From: Octopus sinensis
Taxonomy: Eukaryota
DNA: 64,000 nt
Assembly (NCBI RefSeq): GCF_006345805.1
Contig: NC_043006.1
Coordinates: forward strand, 88,288,001-88,352,000
Reading direction: 5' to 3'
Part shown: piece after piece, positions 1 through 13,626 of the stretch
How positions within the stretch are numbered: the stretch's first letter is position 1
How the letters are laid out: the number at the start of each line of letters is the position of its first letter
Made by a program: the position numbers and the translations under genes
The notes under the pieces: model-generated
Seen by the model: the letters and a program-made list of their open reading frames with translations, nothing else
Told to the model about the DNA's origin: nothing
The model's database searches: none

Positions 1-770
1 ATTTTGTAATAGATTTTGTTTCTTTGCAAGAACAGTTTCCTTAGATTACATTATGTTACAAATGTTACTGAGGCTGCATAATTATCCTTCCCATCTCCTG
101 TTACTTCATTCTGATTGTACAGCAATATATAAAATATGCATAAAAGGATGTTAAATGCTTCTATGAAACAAGGCAGAGCAAGACAGGATGGTTCATAGTG
201 AAAAGATAATTACTGGTCTTTGTATTTTCTTTACTAGATAAAGAATAATTATTATTGATTTCTCACATAGTTACAAAGAGTTTGTACTGTAGAGTTGAGA
301 TAGTTGATTAAATTGATCCCAGTACTTGACAGATAAATTCATTCATCAACCCTAGAAGGATCGAAGTTGACCTCAATATGATTTGAACTTGTAATGTCTA
401 GATATTGTAAGAAATTTTATTCAATACTTTAACAATTCCACAACTCAAAATACAGAAGAAAATAATGGAGTGACTAAAATCATTGAGGGATAGATTAAAT
501 ATAGCACAATGATTATTCTATGGTTTGAGTTCAAATGCCACTAGAATACAAGGGTGGACTGAAAGTTTAATTGAGTTACTATTAAGGAATGATGATAGAA
601 CTGTGAAATCCTGATCTTAGGATGCTGAACCCCTTAAAAAAGATGACAAAGAAATGTAACAAATAGCAAGATGCAGTTTTGTCCAACCTATGGAAATATT
701 AAACAATTGAACTTAAGGATAATGATCAGGCTGATGATGATGATGATGATGATGAACACACACACACACA

Positions 771-819
<49 letters not shown>

Positions 820-827
820 TCATTTAA

Positions 828-1185
828 ACTTTTATTTTTTCAGTTATTTGACTTTGCCATGCTGGAGCACCGCTTTCAGTCAAACATATCAACCCTAGGA
901 CTTATTCTCTGTAAGCCTAGTACTTATTCCATTTGTCTCTTTTGCCAAACCACTAAGTTATGGGGACATAAACAAACCAGCATCAGTTGTCAAGTGATGG
1001 TGGGGGGACAAACACAGACACACAAATACATACATATATGATGAGCTTCTTTCAGTTTCCATCTACAAAATCTACTCACAAGGCCTTGGTCAGCCCAAGA
1101 AGACACTTGCCCAAGGTGCCATGCAGAGGGACTGAACCCAGAACCGTGTGGTCAGGAAGCAAGCTTCTTACCACACAACCACTCC
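828..1185 (-). mobile_element. tRNA-derived SINE, family A (octopus OK/OR-like; family name not verified)
   Basis: The reverse complement starts GGAGTGGTTGTGTGGTAAGAAG (A-box-like), then GGTTCAGTCCC (B-box-like) and CORE-like GGCACCTTGGGCAAGTGTCTTC. The same body recurs more than 10 times in the window. Confidence 0.85.
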
Positions 1186-2580
1186 AATCCAAGCAAAGCC
1201 CATAGGCTGCTTTTAGGCAAAGTGTTAGAGGAGAAGGGTGAGTAGAATTAATGCTACAAAAACTATATAAATGGTATAATGGTATATTCAAAACAGGAAA
1301 TAAATTAATTGATAAAAAATTTAAGAGAAAAGAAGAATTAACAACCATAATACGTAGGAGATAATATAATGAAATATATCTAGCAATCTAGCTGTCTATT
1401 TATCTATCTATACCTACACACACACACACAGACATACATTATCATTATTGTCATTTTATATTCACTCTCCATGCCGGCATGGGTAGAAGATTTTGGTATG
1501 ATTCAAGGAGTTGAAGAGCAACATCTTGTTACAATGTTTCATTTCTTGCATGCTGATTGTGGTTGGAGGTCAGCCATAACACACACACACACACACTTAA
1601 TTCGTTGCCCAGTTTAACATCATCCTTGAAGGCCCTGTAAAGAGTCTTGGGCACCAATCTTGTTGCAAACTAAGCAATGAGGTTGCTATCTATCTATCTA
1701 TCTACACAGACAGATAGCCAGACAGACAAGCAGATACACACACTCACACACACACATACATACACACAATATCTTATGATGCACAACATAAATCAGAACA
1801 GAAATAAATTTAAATATTACAAAGTCTCTGTGGGTTAAATATAAAATTTTATTTCAGTTCTTCTGAATTACACCATTTTAAGCTTAAATTAATATTGGTC
1901 AATTAAATACAAGCTGTTAAAAGTATAAATATGCAAATTAGAGTCAATACTACAGTGTTAGACTAATTTTTGACTACTTCATAAGCAACTAATCTAAGCT
2001 ATAATTTAGAGAAGGAATCCAAGTTTGCCTTGTATGACGAGAAGTGAAGAAACTGTGAAATGGTAAATTAGCAGGGACTCTTTTTTTTCTGCACATCAGT
2101 AGTACAGAAAGAATTATTTTCATCCTTATTCTTATATTATTCACATACATTCACTAATATGCCTAACATTTAATGCATATATACTTACAGAAATACATTT
2201 CTTTTATAAAGACAAATAGTAGGCATAGCTCTGTGCCTAGAAAGGTATTTTTCATATATTTTCTCTTTTCCAAGAGATTTGCTAAACAAGAAAATTTGCA
2301 TGAAGTAAAAAATAAGTTTTTTAATTATAGATTGAAAGAGAAAAAATATGATGAAAAATAGATTTTTTTAATATTTTTTTCTCAAAATGCAAATTTTTAT
2401 CACACAAAAAAGTAAATTAATAAATAAATACAATCAATCTAACATTGTCATAGGAATTTTTCAGGGACAAAATGATGTATAGAAGAGCATCACCCTACAC
2501 ACTTCACCTCTCCATGTTCTGAACTGAAATCCTGTCCTTGTCAAATTCACATCCACACACATAACCCATCAAGAATCAAT

Positions 2581-2863
2581 ACTTTTATTTTTTCAGTTAT
2601 TTGACTTTGCCATGCTGGAGCACTGCTTTCAGTCAAACATATCAACCCTAGGACTTATTCTCTGTAAGCCTAGTACTTATTCCATTTGTCTCTTTTGCCA
2701 AACCACTAAGTTATGGGGACATAAACAAACCAGCATCGGTTGTCAAGTGATGGTGGGGGGACAAACACAGACACACAAATACATACATATATGATGAGCT
2801 TCTTTCAGTTTCCATCTACCAAATCTACTCACAAGGCCTTGGTCAGCCCAAGAAGACACTTGC
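2581..2863 (-). mobile_element. Family A SINE, headless copy almost identical to 828-1110
   Basis: 283 bp with 3 mismatches to 828-1110 by manual alignment. Confidence 0.85.
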
Positions 2864-2894
2864 ATAAATTAAAACAATGAAATATGACTAAACT

Positions 2895-3088
2895 TGGTGG
2901 GAGGGTCTTCTTGATTACATCAACCCCAGCACTTGACTGGTACTCCATTTTATTGACCCCCACCATCTAGGAATGAAAGGAAGATTTGACCTCAGTGGGG
3001 TTTGAACTCGGGATGTAAAGAACCAGAGATAATACTGTAAAATATTTTTTCCTACACTCTAGCCATTCTACTAACACACTGTCTTTAG
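2895..3088 (-). mobile_element. Decayed family B SINE
   Basis: Reverse-complement similarity to the B copies (GAATGAAAGGAAGATTTGACCTC, TTTGAACTCGGGATGTAAAG). Confidence 0.65.
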
Positions 3089-6000
3089 AGATTTTGATAA
3101 ATAATAAATTTCAAGAAGAAAGCAGAATCTTATTTGCATGCTGACACCCAAAATTGAACTAGGGTTTGTTAGATCCACAACTCTTTCAACAGAACTATTT
3201 CGACTGTCTACAAATGGTTTCATAATTTGTACAAATGTATTTGCTGTCATTAATAAGAGAACAGTTTGTTAAAGTACACCAAAAGAAATACATTAGATAT
3301 TGGCAAGAGAAAAACTTCATTCAAAAATTCAAAATTAAAAACTAATTCCATATATTATAGACATGTTTTGTTTGGGGGTTTTTTAATACTATTTTACTCT
3401 TTTCTTTTACACATTTCATAGTTGTCTGAAATTAATATATTTTTACTTGAATAATAATAATACTTGAATACCTAGATTGAATACCAAACATATATACATT
3501 CAACACACACACATACTCATATATATACACATATGCATTTACATTTATATATATGTTACAAACACACATGTATACACAGATGTGCAGATATTTTTATATA
3601 TATGACCTGGCCTATTATATATCTATGTGTACAGATGTATATACACAATCGTATGTATGTACATATATGTATTTGTTTACATATTTATGTATGTTTTTCT
3701 CTGAGTGTTATTCAAGTTCTTTTTAAAAGAGTTCAAGCCAGTTACTAATAAAGTGACAAGACTTTTGAGTTAAGAGGGTTCCTGGTGTTTGTAAATATGT
3801 GGCTGAATTGGTGATTTGGTTGAGCTGTCAATGTACATACCCAAATGTGTGCATCTATTTACCTAAAGAACCTCAGATGGAGAATCTTTCGAATGTCTTA
3901 CAAATCTTCACTGTGCCACTCATAAGTATCATAAGTTTGTATGTATGTATGTATGTATGTATGTACATATATATATGTATATTAAATAGATTTTCACCAG
4001 CTGTGACAATAAATATTCCAGTTGTTCTAACAACTAAATTGTCTACTCTTGAATCATGGTGTAAGTGGCTGAGTATTCAATAAACACTTGTACCCTAAAC
4101 CTAATTCTTATGCAGAATCAACATCACACACTGTGTGACAAGGCTGGCCTTTAAATCACAGGGACCGTCTATCCAAAGGCTCCCACTGTTTCCAGCTACT
4201 CAATTTAATTCACATGACTTAGATGAAGTCGACAGTAGAATAATAAACACTTGCCAAACGTCTGCATAGCAGGATACTAGAGTGGTACATCGTGGTTGTG
4301 AAATAAACTTCTTAACCACTGAACCATACGTATGCTTACTGCTATATTATGCATTCATACATACTCGCATTAAACATACACACATCGAACATCTATCACT
4401 AAAATTCTAGCTGCCTGTATAGCAAAAAAAATAGAAAAGGAATGTTAAATTTTTTTAATGATTTCTAACAAAGAATCAATATATTTCATTTCCTCATTTA
4501 ATTTCCTCAATTTATTCAAAAGACTTCCACCATTACAGATAATTTCAACAGATGCTTAACAGGCATGCACACAAAATTATAGAAAACTATTCGTTAAGTT
4601 GATTGGTGATACCTGTGTAACAAGGAAATGGAATTCATCATTCGTTTGTTTCATTTCGTCACTTAAATATACACTTTCTATATACCCTTGTATGTTCATC
4701 ATATATATATGAGTGTGTAAGTATTTATGTAAGTATGCGTGTGTGTGTACATACATATAAACAATATTCATAATTCATATATTTATAAAATGTTTATATA
4801 TAATCACATACTTTAGAGAACTACAGAATAGTATACAAATTATATACACATACAGGTCTATATATTTATGCATTAGACTATGTAGAGAAACGCAAACAGT
4901 ATGTAGTACATTGTCTACATGACAATATACACACAAGAATAGGTTTTTCTGAGAAACTAGTTCTGTCATTTTGAACAAAGAAATATCTTTCTTTGTTCAA
5001 AATACAGAGACTAAAGGAATTTCGTGGAAGCAAGGCAAAATAATGATGTATCCATCTTTTGTGTTTGTGAGTGGGATGTGGGGTGGCGTGAATCTTAAGC
5101 TAAATATATGTATTGTATGATATCCACCCCCTTGCATCATTGAAACATGATAACATTTGATTTCCATTAGTGATATCCACATCTGTCTACCTGACATCAG
5201 TTTATCTGTCGCAATTCTTGCTAACAATGTAGAAAAATGGTTACAACGTGTAAAACAAAAGCAAGCTTTGCTTATAACTATAACATGACATAAAAGGTTA
5301 TTTGCTAAATTCATACCAAATGTTACAAATACACAAGATAGCCTATATGAGCCTCTGGACACATTAAGTCATATAGTGCTATTCTTATAAAGAATGAAAG
5401 GTGTTTATGCATAAATGACTTGAAACAGCAAGCAAATCTCATTCAAATTTCTCCCTACCGTTTTAGAAAAGAAGACCCATTGGATGGTAGAGAAGCACTG
5501 TGCCAAGGAAAAAGACAGGATTGCACAGCTTAGTCAACCTCTTTATGTTGTAGAGAAACAGAAGATTCAAAAAGTTTCTAGCAAAAAATTCCACAGCTAT
5601 ATGTATTCCAGATACGTAAATGACAAAAACTTTATTGTTTCTTTTACAGAAAACTATACCCAGGAATTAGAAAAAAGAAACACCATGGAGAGCGTCAAAT
5701 ACATAGCTAACCCCATCCACGATATTCACTAGCCCTAACAACAGACTGCCTATCCTGAATCTGGTCAGAAGTTATAGAAAACGAAATAAAGATCCTATCA
5801 TTCACATTATATAAAATTCATGGCTACAAAATACTGTGTCTAGCATAAGTTTGATGTATCAAATATTAAAAAAAAAAATAATAAACATCTTGATAGCAGG
5901 TCTAGTAAAAGTGATGAAATACGAATAACCAATGTGTTGACCATGTGAACATCAAAAACATGTACGAAATTTTATCAACCAAACTTAACTCTTTACTGGA

Positions 6001-7042
6001 TATAATCAACAAGTCAGAATCAGAGTAAACAGAAGAGCCAAAATTTCTTCAAATTATCATTATCAGTATTAACTGATGTTCGTAGCTTGCTGGTAGTGTT
6101 AGACAAAAGGATAAATTATCCATATTAATTCAATATATCCAATACAGGTTTAAGTTTTACAAACTACACATTTAGTATTTTAGGACGTTGAACTGGAAGA
6201 GTTATTAGAATGAACTAGCTTACAGATTCAGAAAGGTTTTAAACGATATAAAACTCAGAATTAAAGATGTAGCGGAACTGTGTTGTTCATTAATCAGTAG
6301 GATAAATCCATTTACGAAAACTCTGATTAAAATTGTTCCATATCATACTGCAAGATCAGCAAATAAACTAAATTGTAGTACCACAGACGTTATATACCGT
6401 ATACACTATGAGATGCATAGAAAAATAATGTAAGAAAATTATATAACTTATAGGAGAAATGGCGAAAATAAAATAGAGGAACACTGGCAAAATTCAATGA
6501 AAAGATGCTAACATCGATACTAACAAATAAGCCATTGAGATAAAAAATAATCCTTTCTTCACATCTAACTGACACATCACTTAGACAAGTTACAGAAGCA
6601 ACACAAATATTTGAGACATGCTCCAAACCAAGAGACTCCTGTAAGAGAAATTATGAACAGGATAATAATTCCACTACGACCACGCAATCCAAACTGACTG
6701 AGAAAAAAAATCAAACGACATATTCTAGCAAAATTTTAAGACAACATTATTCATAACAGTACATTTTATTTTTACAATTCAAAATTCAAAATAATCTATT
6801 ATACACACGTGCATGCAACCGTGTGTGTGTGTGTGTGGTACACGTTATGCTATTACATACTTTTATACTAAACTGTCTCTCTTCTTCTCTCTTACGTGCG
6901 CGCGCACACACACACACAAGCACACGCAAATACATATATAATCATTTATTCTACTTTTTTATTTCTCGTTTTCCTATCTGCTGTGTGTTCCTTTTCTGGT
7001 TACAAAGAGTCTATAACGGCAAAAACATTGCTGGCCTATGTA

Positions 7043-8336
7043 CGAGGGTGTACCCAAAAGTAACCGGAAACGTTCTCTGTGGGACAAGTCCGTTGTAGTT
7101 CCGGCTTCCGCCACTAGAAGCTATTTGATGCGATCCTCAGGCATCAGTCTGCCTATCGGTATCGTCCGGTGAGTTCGTACTGCCACGAGGTGCGTCTTTG
7201 TTTTCTAGTGCTTCTCCCCTGTTCGTTTTGCGATGGCTGAATCGAAAGGACAACGTGCTTCAGTGGAATTCTGTTTTTTGCTAGGGAAAACAGCGGCCGA
7301 AACAGTTCTCATGTCTCAAACAGTTTACAAGGACAATGCCATAAGCGAAACACAAGTTGAAGACCAACCTCGTTCAGGATGACTGTCAACCTCCTGAACG
7401 AATAAAAGCATCATGAAAATTAAAGAACTTATCTTGGAGGACCGTCACCGAAAAATTGACGAACTTGTTGATATGACTGGTGTGTCCAGGAGCTCCTACC
7501 AACGAATTTTGAGCGAGGAATTGTGAAGGAAAAGAGTTGCAGCCAAAATTGTGCCACACTTGCTCGCGAAAGAACAAAAGCAGTCACGACTGAATGCGTG
7601 TCGTGAACTAAAAGAACGGCTGGAAGTTGATCCGAATCTTTTTTCGTAGGTCATCACTAGTGACGAAAGCTAGTGCTACGGTTACAATCCGGAAGCGAAG
7701 CAGCAATCAAGTCAACGAACGTATTCAATGTCACCGAAAAAGTATGCCAAAAAGTGTGTCAAAAAGTGAAGTCCAATGTCAAGACGATGCTGATTTGTTT
7801 CATCGATACAAAAGGAATTGTCCAAACAGTATTTGTTCCTCTTGGTCAAACTGTTAACCAGACACTTTATTTGGCAGTTCTGAAGCGTTTGCAACACACG
7901 GCGAGACGAAAACGCCCCGACGAGTGGCGAAGTGGAGAGTGGTGGTTTCGTCACAACAATACCCTTTCGCACACTGCTTTGAGTGTGACAGTTTTGGACC
8001 AAAACTAGCATGAACCCGTTTACCCACCCTCCCTATTCACCCGATCTTGCTCCTAGCAACTCTTTTGTTCCCCGAATGTACAAAGACCTTAAAGGAAAAC
8101 GTTTTGCAGATGTGGAAAAGGTGAAAAATAAAAAATAAAAAATAAAAAAGTGACGGAGTCGTTAAAAGGCATCACTTCACAAGAGTTCTAGGAGAAAGTC
8201 GAACAGTGGAAAACGCGACTGGACCCATGCTTTACTTCAAATGGAGAATACTTTAAAGTTGATAAAAGTATAAACATGTAAAACTAAGTGAATAAAATAA
8301 TATTGCAAAATTCCCGTTTCTTTTGGGTACCCCGAC
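7043..8336 (+). mobile_element. Mariner (IS630-Tc1-mariner) DNA transposon, full length (~1.3 kb), decayed
   Basis: TA followed by CGAGGGTGTACCCAAAAGTAACCGGAA at the left end. An imperfect inverted copy TTCCCGTTTCTTTTGGGTACCCC lies at 8311-8333. The transposase remnant is inside. Confidence 0.93.
7233..8281 (+). pseudogene. Mariner DD34D transposase pseudogene
   Basis: MAESKGQRASVEFCFLLGKTAAET (helix-turn-helix region), KIVPHLL (WVPHxL motif), VITSDES, HNNTLSH (HDNA with D>N) and HPPYSPDLAPSN (third D>N). It carries several stops, frameshifts and an internal deletion. Confidence 0.92.
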
Positions 8337-10007
8337 ACTTGTATTGTAAAAACAGAGCAATTCAGACTCCAGAGCATTGTTCGTAAAATCAGTCTAGATC
8401 ACAGAGGGACTACACATTGAAACCACCAAAGCTGATGTTTGGTAAAAGGAATGTAAACGGATATATAGAATTTATGAATACGTTGATTATGTTTTGAGCA
8501 GTACTGTTTATTTCTTAGCAAAATATTCCATCGCGAATACTTACATCAAGTATTCACATTCTGCTAGAATATATACAGTGGGATGGACTATGCACAAATC
8601 TATTCCAATTTGAATAAACCTCTTGTGCAGATAATTTGATATACTAGACGTAGCGAAATCTAAACACAGGCCATTGTTATTAGCTGTAGCAGGCTTTGTG
8701 TAAATCCGTTTTGCACTTTCGCTGTTGGATTACTCAGAGGGTTATATTGACCTTCAACATTGGTACAAAGTAACCAGTTTGAGAAGAGAAGGTAAAGTTG
8801 ATTGAATCGACTGAGTGGTGATTATTTTTATTGGCTTTGGAGGAAAGAAACGTAAATGACTTTCTTGTGGGGATTTTTAATTCAAAACTTAGTGGGATAA
8901 ACTAAACCCCGTACTGTGAGGCATTTAATTCGGTTAGCCGCCTAAACAACTGTCGCCATGGGAAAATATATATTAATCTTTAATTGACAAAATTTGATTC
9001 ATGCTGACAAAAGATCAGGTGTATTCAAGAAAAAAAATCCTACTAACAGTGAGGGCTGACATGAATGTATTGATTTTTGTTTTAACAGGGCACAAATAGC
9101 TTGCATAAAGGATAGGGAAGTGGGAGGGCGAAGAGAAAGAAAGACTGAGGGAGAAAGAAGTCGGTCGATTGTTGTATTCATAATGTTATTAGGTCCAGCA
9201 CCAATAAAAAGGTCTTTGTTAGCAGGAAATTAATTCAAAATCACGAAGCATCAAACTAAAGATTATAAAAGCACAGCAAGCCACCGACTTTTTTTCTTAA
9301 AAAAAAAAAGAATTCCAGTTATTTGACCTAAGGAGGCAAGTGGCATCCAGGACTTTTGCACTTCTTCCCAGACATCTTCATTAACTTGATTCGGTTAATG
9401 TCCGGCTTGAACTTCTGTATTGATATATTGAACATGTCACTTTTAGTAAATAAATCGAATACAAGTTAAACTGAGAAACTACTTAAAACACTTCACATAT
9501 GGAGATAACTGAACAACGTATGCGGTTGGACAATCTATCATCAATAGAAATATAGAAAAGAAACATTCAGCTTATATACAGTAAGTTCCATGTGGCGATG
9601 TATCCCAACAATTAGAAGATAAGAACATAGCAAAAAGTGAGGGTAGATTCCCTTGAGACTTATTACAAGTATATCTTCATCGCAATCGGAAAGGCTCCCA
9701 CACCTCCACTATCTTGGAAGTGGTGAGCCATTAAATATGTATATAAATATATATTAAATGTTTCATAACTACTGTGACATAACTGGAAATTCTGGTTGTA
9801 TCACTTCATGCAGAAGTTATCAACTTTATCTTCATCTGCTACTTAAAAGCATCATACGAGGTTTTACCTTCCTGGTTGATGTGATGATGCAATAGATATG
9901 TTATAGAGAGCTATTGAAGAAAGGAAATGCATTAATAAAAGGGCTAAATGTGAAACTATTAGTAGCAAGTCTCCATACTTTAAAATTGTAACTATTCCTC
10001 ATCAATA

Positions 10008-10454
10008 TCTATAAAGCTGAAATGCGAAAATACTGTTTGATTTCTTGGTTATATGTCTCATTTTGGGATGGGAACGGTTTAAGGGGTGGTAGATGGTGTC
10101 GGATTGACGCCAAAATTTACACTACGGGTAAAATGGGGTGGGCAAAGGTGTGAAGAGGGTTGCAAGTTGCTCGGGGCTACCGTTTGGTTGCCATGGTGAG
10201 GAATATAGGTAAAATTGAGTTTTATGGGATAGACGGGTTGCGCTGTTTGAATAATGGTGGCTTTTCGTGTTGCTGCGGTTATCTTTAATTGTGGGTGTAA
10301 AAATTTGGGGGATTTTGGAAAGGGGGATAAAGAAGAGAGCAATAAAAAGAACCAGGCAAGGAAGATGAACAAAAGAAGAAAGGGAAAAGGAGACAACACA
10401 CACAAAACAACACCATCACCAAAACCCGAGCGAAGCATGGGTCAAAATAGCTAG
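10008..10454 (+). mobile_element. Short non-autonomous Helitron
   Basis: 5' A|TCTATAAAGCTGAA; 3' hairpin ACCCGAGCGAAGCATGGGT (10424-10442) followed by CTAG|T (10451-10455). This is an A|T insertion with no TSD. Confidence 0.6.
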
Positions 10455-13003
10455 TCTCCTCTATAAATATAAAAAAAATATGTAACAGTACTTACACTAC
10501 AATATTTTTGCCTAGTGTAGATACAAATGCTCATCTATATAGATGAGGTTAATTAGTTCAAATAACCCTACGGTCAAGTTTGTTTCACAATCATGTGATG
10601 TTCCATTCCTCAATGCAGCTCTTGTACTGTAACCTTGGGTTGGTAAATCACCTCCTAACAAGTAGAATTTCGTAGGCGGATATTGTGCGGAAATTTGATG
10701 AATGTGTACCGAGTGATTGTGAAATCCCTTTAGCATTTAATTAATACACACAATTTTTAATTTTATTTGTTATAATTTGTTCTCTTTATATTTTAAGTTT
10801 TGTTTATGTCATTTTGTTGTAAATATGTTATGATAGTAAATATGTTATGATATTATATTTCAGCTAAACGTCACTAAAAGTAAGAGAACATTCATTGCAC
10901 ACTATAAGAGTAATCCTGTTCAATTGTCCAGGAAATACATTGTCCAACTACCCCAGGGTGGTCTAGACGCCTGACAGTATAAACGACAGTGGAAAAGACT
11001 ATCTGGGAATCACAAAGCCATGTCAGTCAATAGGTGTGTGTGTGTGTGTTAATAAGTATGAAACGATGCGTCAAGTGTTGCCTTATTGTATCAAAAGGCA
11101 ACTAGGGTCGTTTGAAACATAGGGATCAGTAAAATTGAGTACTGAGGTTTATATATATGTTCGGTTAATAACCTTTGAAGGCGGTGCTTCAGCATGGCCG
11201 TAGTTTAATAGTTGAAATAACAATAAGATTTCATTTCAGACATTTACATATTTCACTAAAAATTCTGTTCAAACAGTAGATCAGATATTATCTTCTGATG
11301 CGGAACACTTAGACTCCTCACAAAAACAGATATCGTGAATGAGGTGAATGCCTCATCCAAATACGAAGAAAATATCTACAACCAATTGATAAAGAATTCA
11401 CAGCTATTGAATGGTCTGCATGAGTTTCCAAAATCATAAACCATTCTTAGTAATCGGTTTAAACGTACTTTTGATTTATGTTTTATACATGACACTACTT
11501 TTCAACTTTGTCAACAACAATCTTTTGTTTCTTTGAAAGATAAAAAATGTACTATCTTGAATCACTATATCAACTAGTCAATAATTTATAATGCATGAAT
11601 TTACATACATAATGTACGCTATATATACACACACGTATATATGCGCAAAGATTATAAACACACACACTCACACAAACATATACTGACACTTACACACATA
11701 TATGTATATATACGTGTCTACACACACATTTATACATATACAGACATGTATATGCATAGAGACACACATACATATATACGTCATGTGCATATAAGTAGGT
11801 ATATGGCAAATTCCCTAAAGAATATAAGACAAAGATAATTTTCAAAGAATATAAAGGAAGGAAGCGTTTCAAAGAAACATTTGATCTGTCGTTTGGTTTG
11901 CTGAATAGAGAACACAACAATAAATGCATGAGATATGATATATCCATACGAGAACACCATTCTTTTACCAACAAAGCCACTACTACCACCGTCACCACCA
12001 CCGTAACGACAGCGCAGCTGTAGGTAAAACCACTACCTACACCACACTGCTACAGTTTATACTATCATTGCAATAACTACCATTAGGATCGCCTCTATAA
12101 TTATCATTATAACTACTACCATTGCCACCACTGTTACAAAAACTATCATTATCAGTACAATTGCTAGAACCCCAACCAACATTAGATTACATCTGCAACT
12201 ACCACTATCTATATACTAAAACTCTCAGATTACTTGCTTGTCTGTCATTTAACACAGCTAAACTGGCGCATAATGGGAAAATACTACGAATTAAAACATC
12301 CCTAAAATGTGAATACAAACGGAATAAAATAAATTTCGCGTAAATCGAACCACGGATTCCTGAGATATGGGGTGGTTTGGGGTATTCATAAATACCCAAA
12401 ACAGTGCATAATGGGAAAATACTCCGAAAACAACATGACCCTGGAAGGAAGAAACTCTAACATTTCGCTTAGAGACATTAAGATCAATGTCTTCTGTATT
12501 TTGAAGACAAACTTCACGACCTGGGCAAAGTCTTAGTGACTTTAACTTGCCAATGAAAAAATACAAGTTATTTTTACAGTAAATGTTTCTATTTTCGCTT
12601 TTGTTAAACACAATATTTTAATTATTTTGAAATATTTTTAAGTGAATGTGATTTCAAAAATACAAGTTGTTTGTACAGTAAGTATTTATATTTTAGCTTT
12701 CTTTAAACAGTCAATACTCTAATTTTTTAAAAATTATTTTCAAGTGGGTAAATATTTCGTAAAGGACCCGTTCGTATCTCGGTGTAAAATTACTTTTACC
12801 ACAGGTTTTTTTGAGTGCATTCAGTGTATCTGACTTCCGTTGCTTTAATTCGAATGCTCTATGAAGATGAAGAACTGTATTCTCGCATTTATTTATAGAC
12901 AGCATTTTGGCAACTGATCGGAAACGGCCGTAAGATATGTTACGTCACCTATTTTGTTATGTCATGCTTTGTATTAAAAATAAGCTATAAATGTGGTCTA
13001 ATC

Positions 13004-13297
13004 TGGCTGAACATCAGGGTCCGCACAGCGTCCCAACAATGCCAAACACAGTACCTGAGAGACTTAGTGGCATGTAATCAAGCAATATGCGTGACACTAA
13101 CCAGAAACACATCTGAATGTGGACATATTAAATGCTGAGATACACACAACAGGGTATGTTGGGTTTCGAACTGACAGGAGAGAAAGGACTCATGGTGGAG
13201 TGGCAATGTACATCCGGGAAGATGTCATGCCTGTGGTCCTGTTGTCACACTCAAACTCAGTCTGAGACACTTTCGTGGTACACATTAAACAGATAGT
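13004..13297 (+). pseudogene. LINE apurinic-type endonuclease (APE) fragment, CR1/L2-like
   Basis: WLNIR...YLRDLV...VTL(fs)ETHLNVDILNAEIHTTGYVGFRTDRRERTHGGVAMYIREDV...SNSV*DTFVVHIKQ, containing the xNIR, ETHL, R.DR and GGVA.Y motifs of LINE endonucleases. Confidence 0.85.
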
Positions 13298-13329
13298 TCA
13301 AGGGTATTCTAGTCACTACTAATATCACC

Positions 13330-13626
13330 ACAAGTGTCAGTTGACCTGTTGGCTACATCAATACAAATAAATAAATATATAAATACATACAAAAATAGCG
13401 AACCGATCAATAATTAGACCAAAACACCAGGCTGGGATGAACATCACCAGTAAACTTATAGGTGATCTGAACAATACCTGTAGCTTGTTCACTGAGTCGA
13501 CGTTGCTAATTTCCGCGGAGGCTACCACAAAAATCTTATAGGCATATAGAAACATTGTAGGTACTGAAAGAGTTTCCTGTCAGAAAATGCAGTATAATCA
13601 CCAACTTGGTTTCATATCTGGGGGCT
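13330..13626. repeat. Unclassified dispersed repeat, copy 1 (inverted copy at 25765-26040)
   Basis: Reverse-complement similarity, e.g. GTTGCTAATTTCCGCGGAGGCTACCACAAAA versus TTTTGTGGTAGCCACCGCAGAAATTAGCAAC, and TTTCATATCTGGGGG versus CCCCCAGATATGAAA. Confidence 0.75.

Noticed and set aside
9300-9420. Protein-like minus-strand stretch (NQVNEDVWEEVQKSWMPLASLG)
   Set aside because: The available acceptor-donor pair gives stops in all frames.
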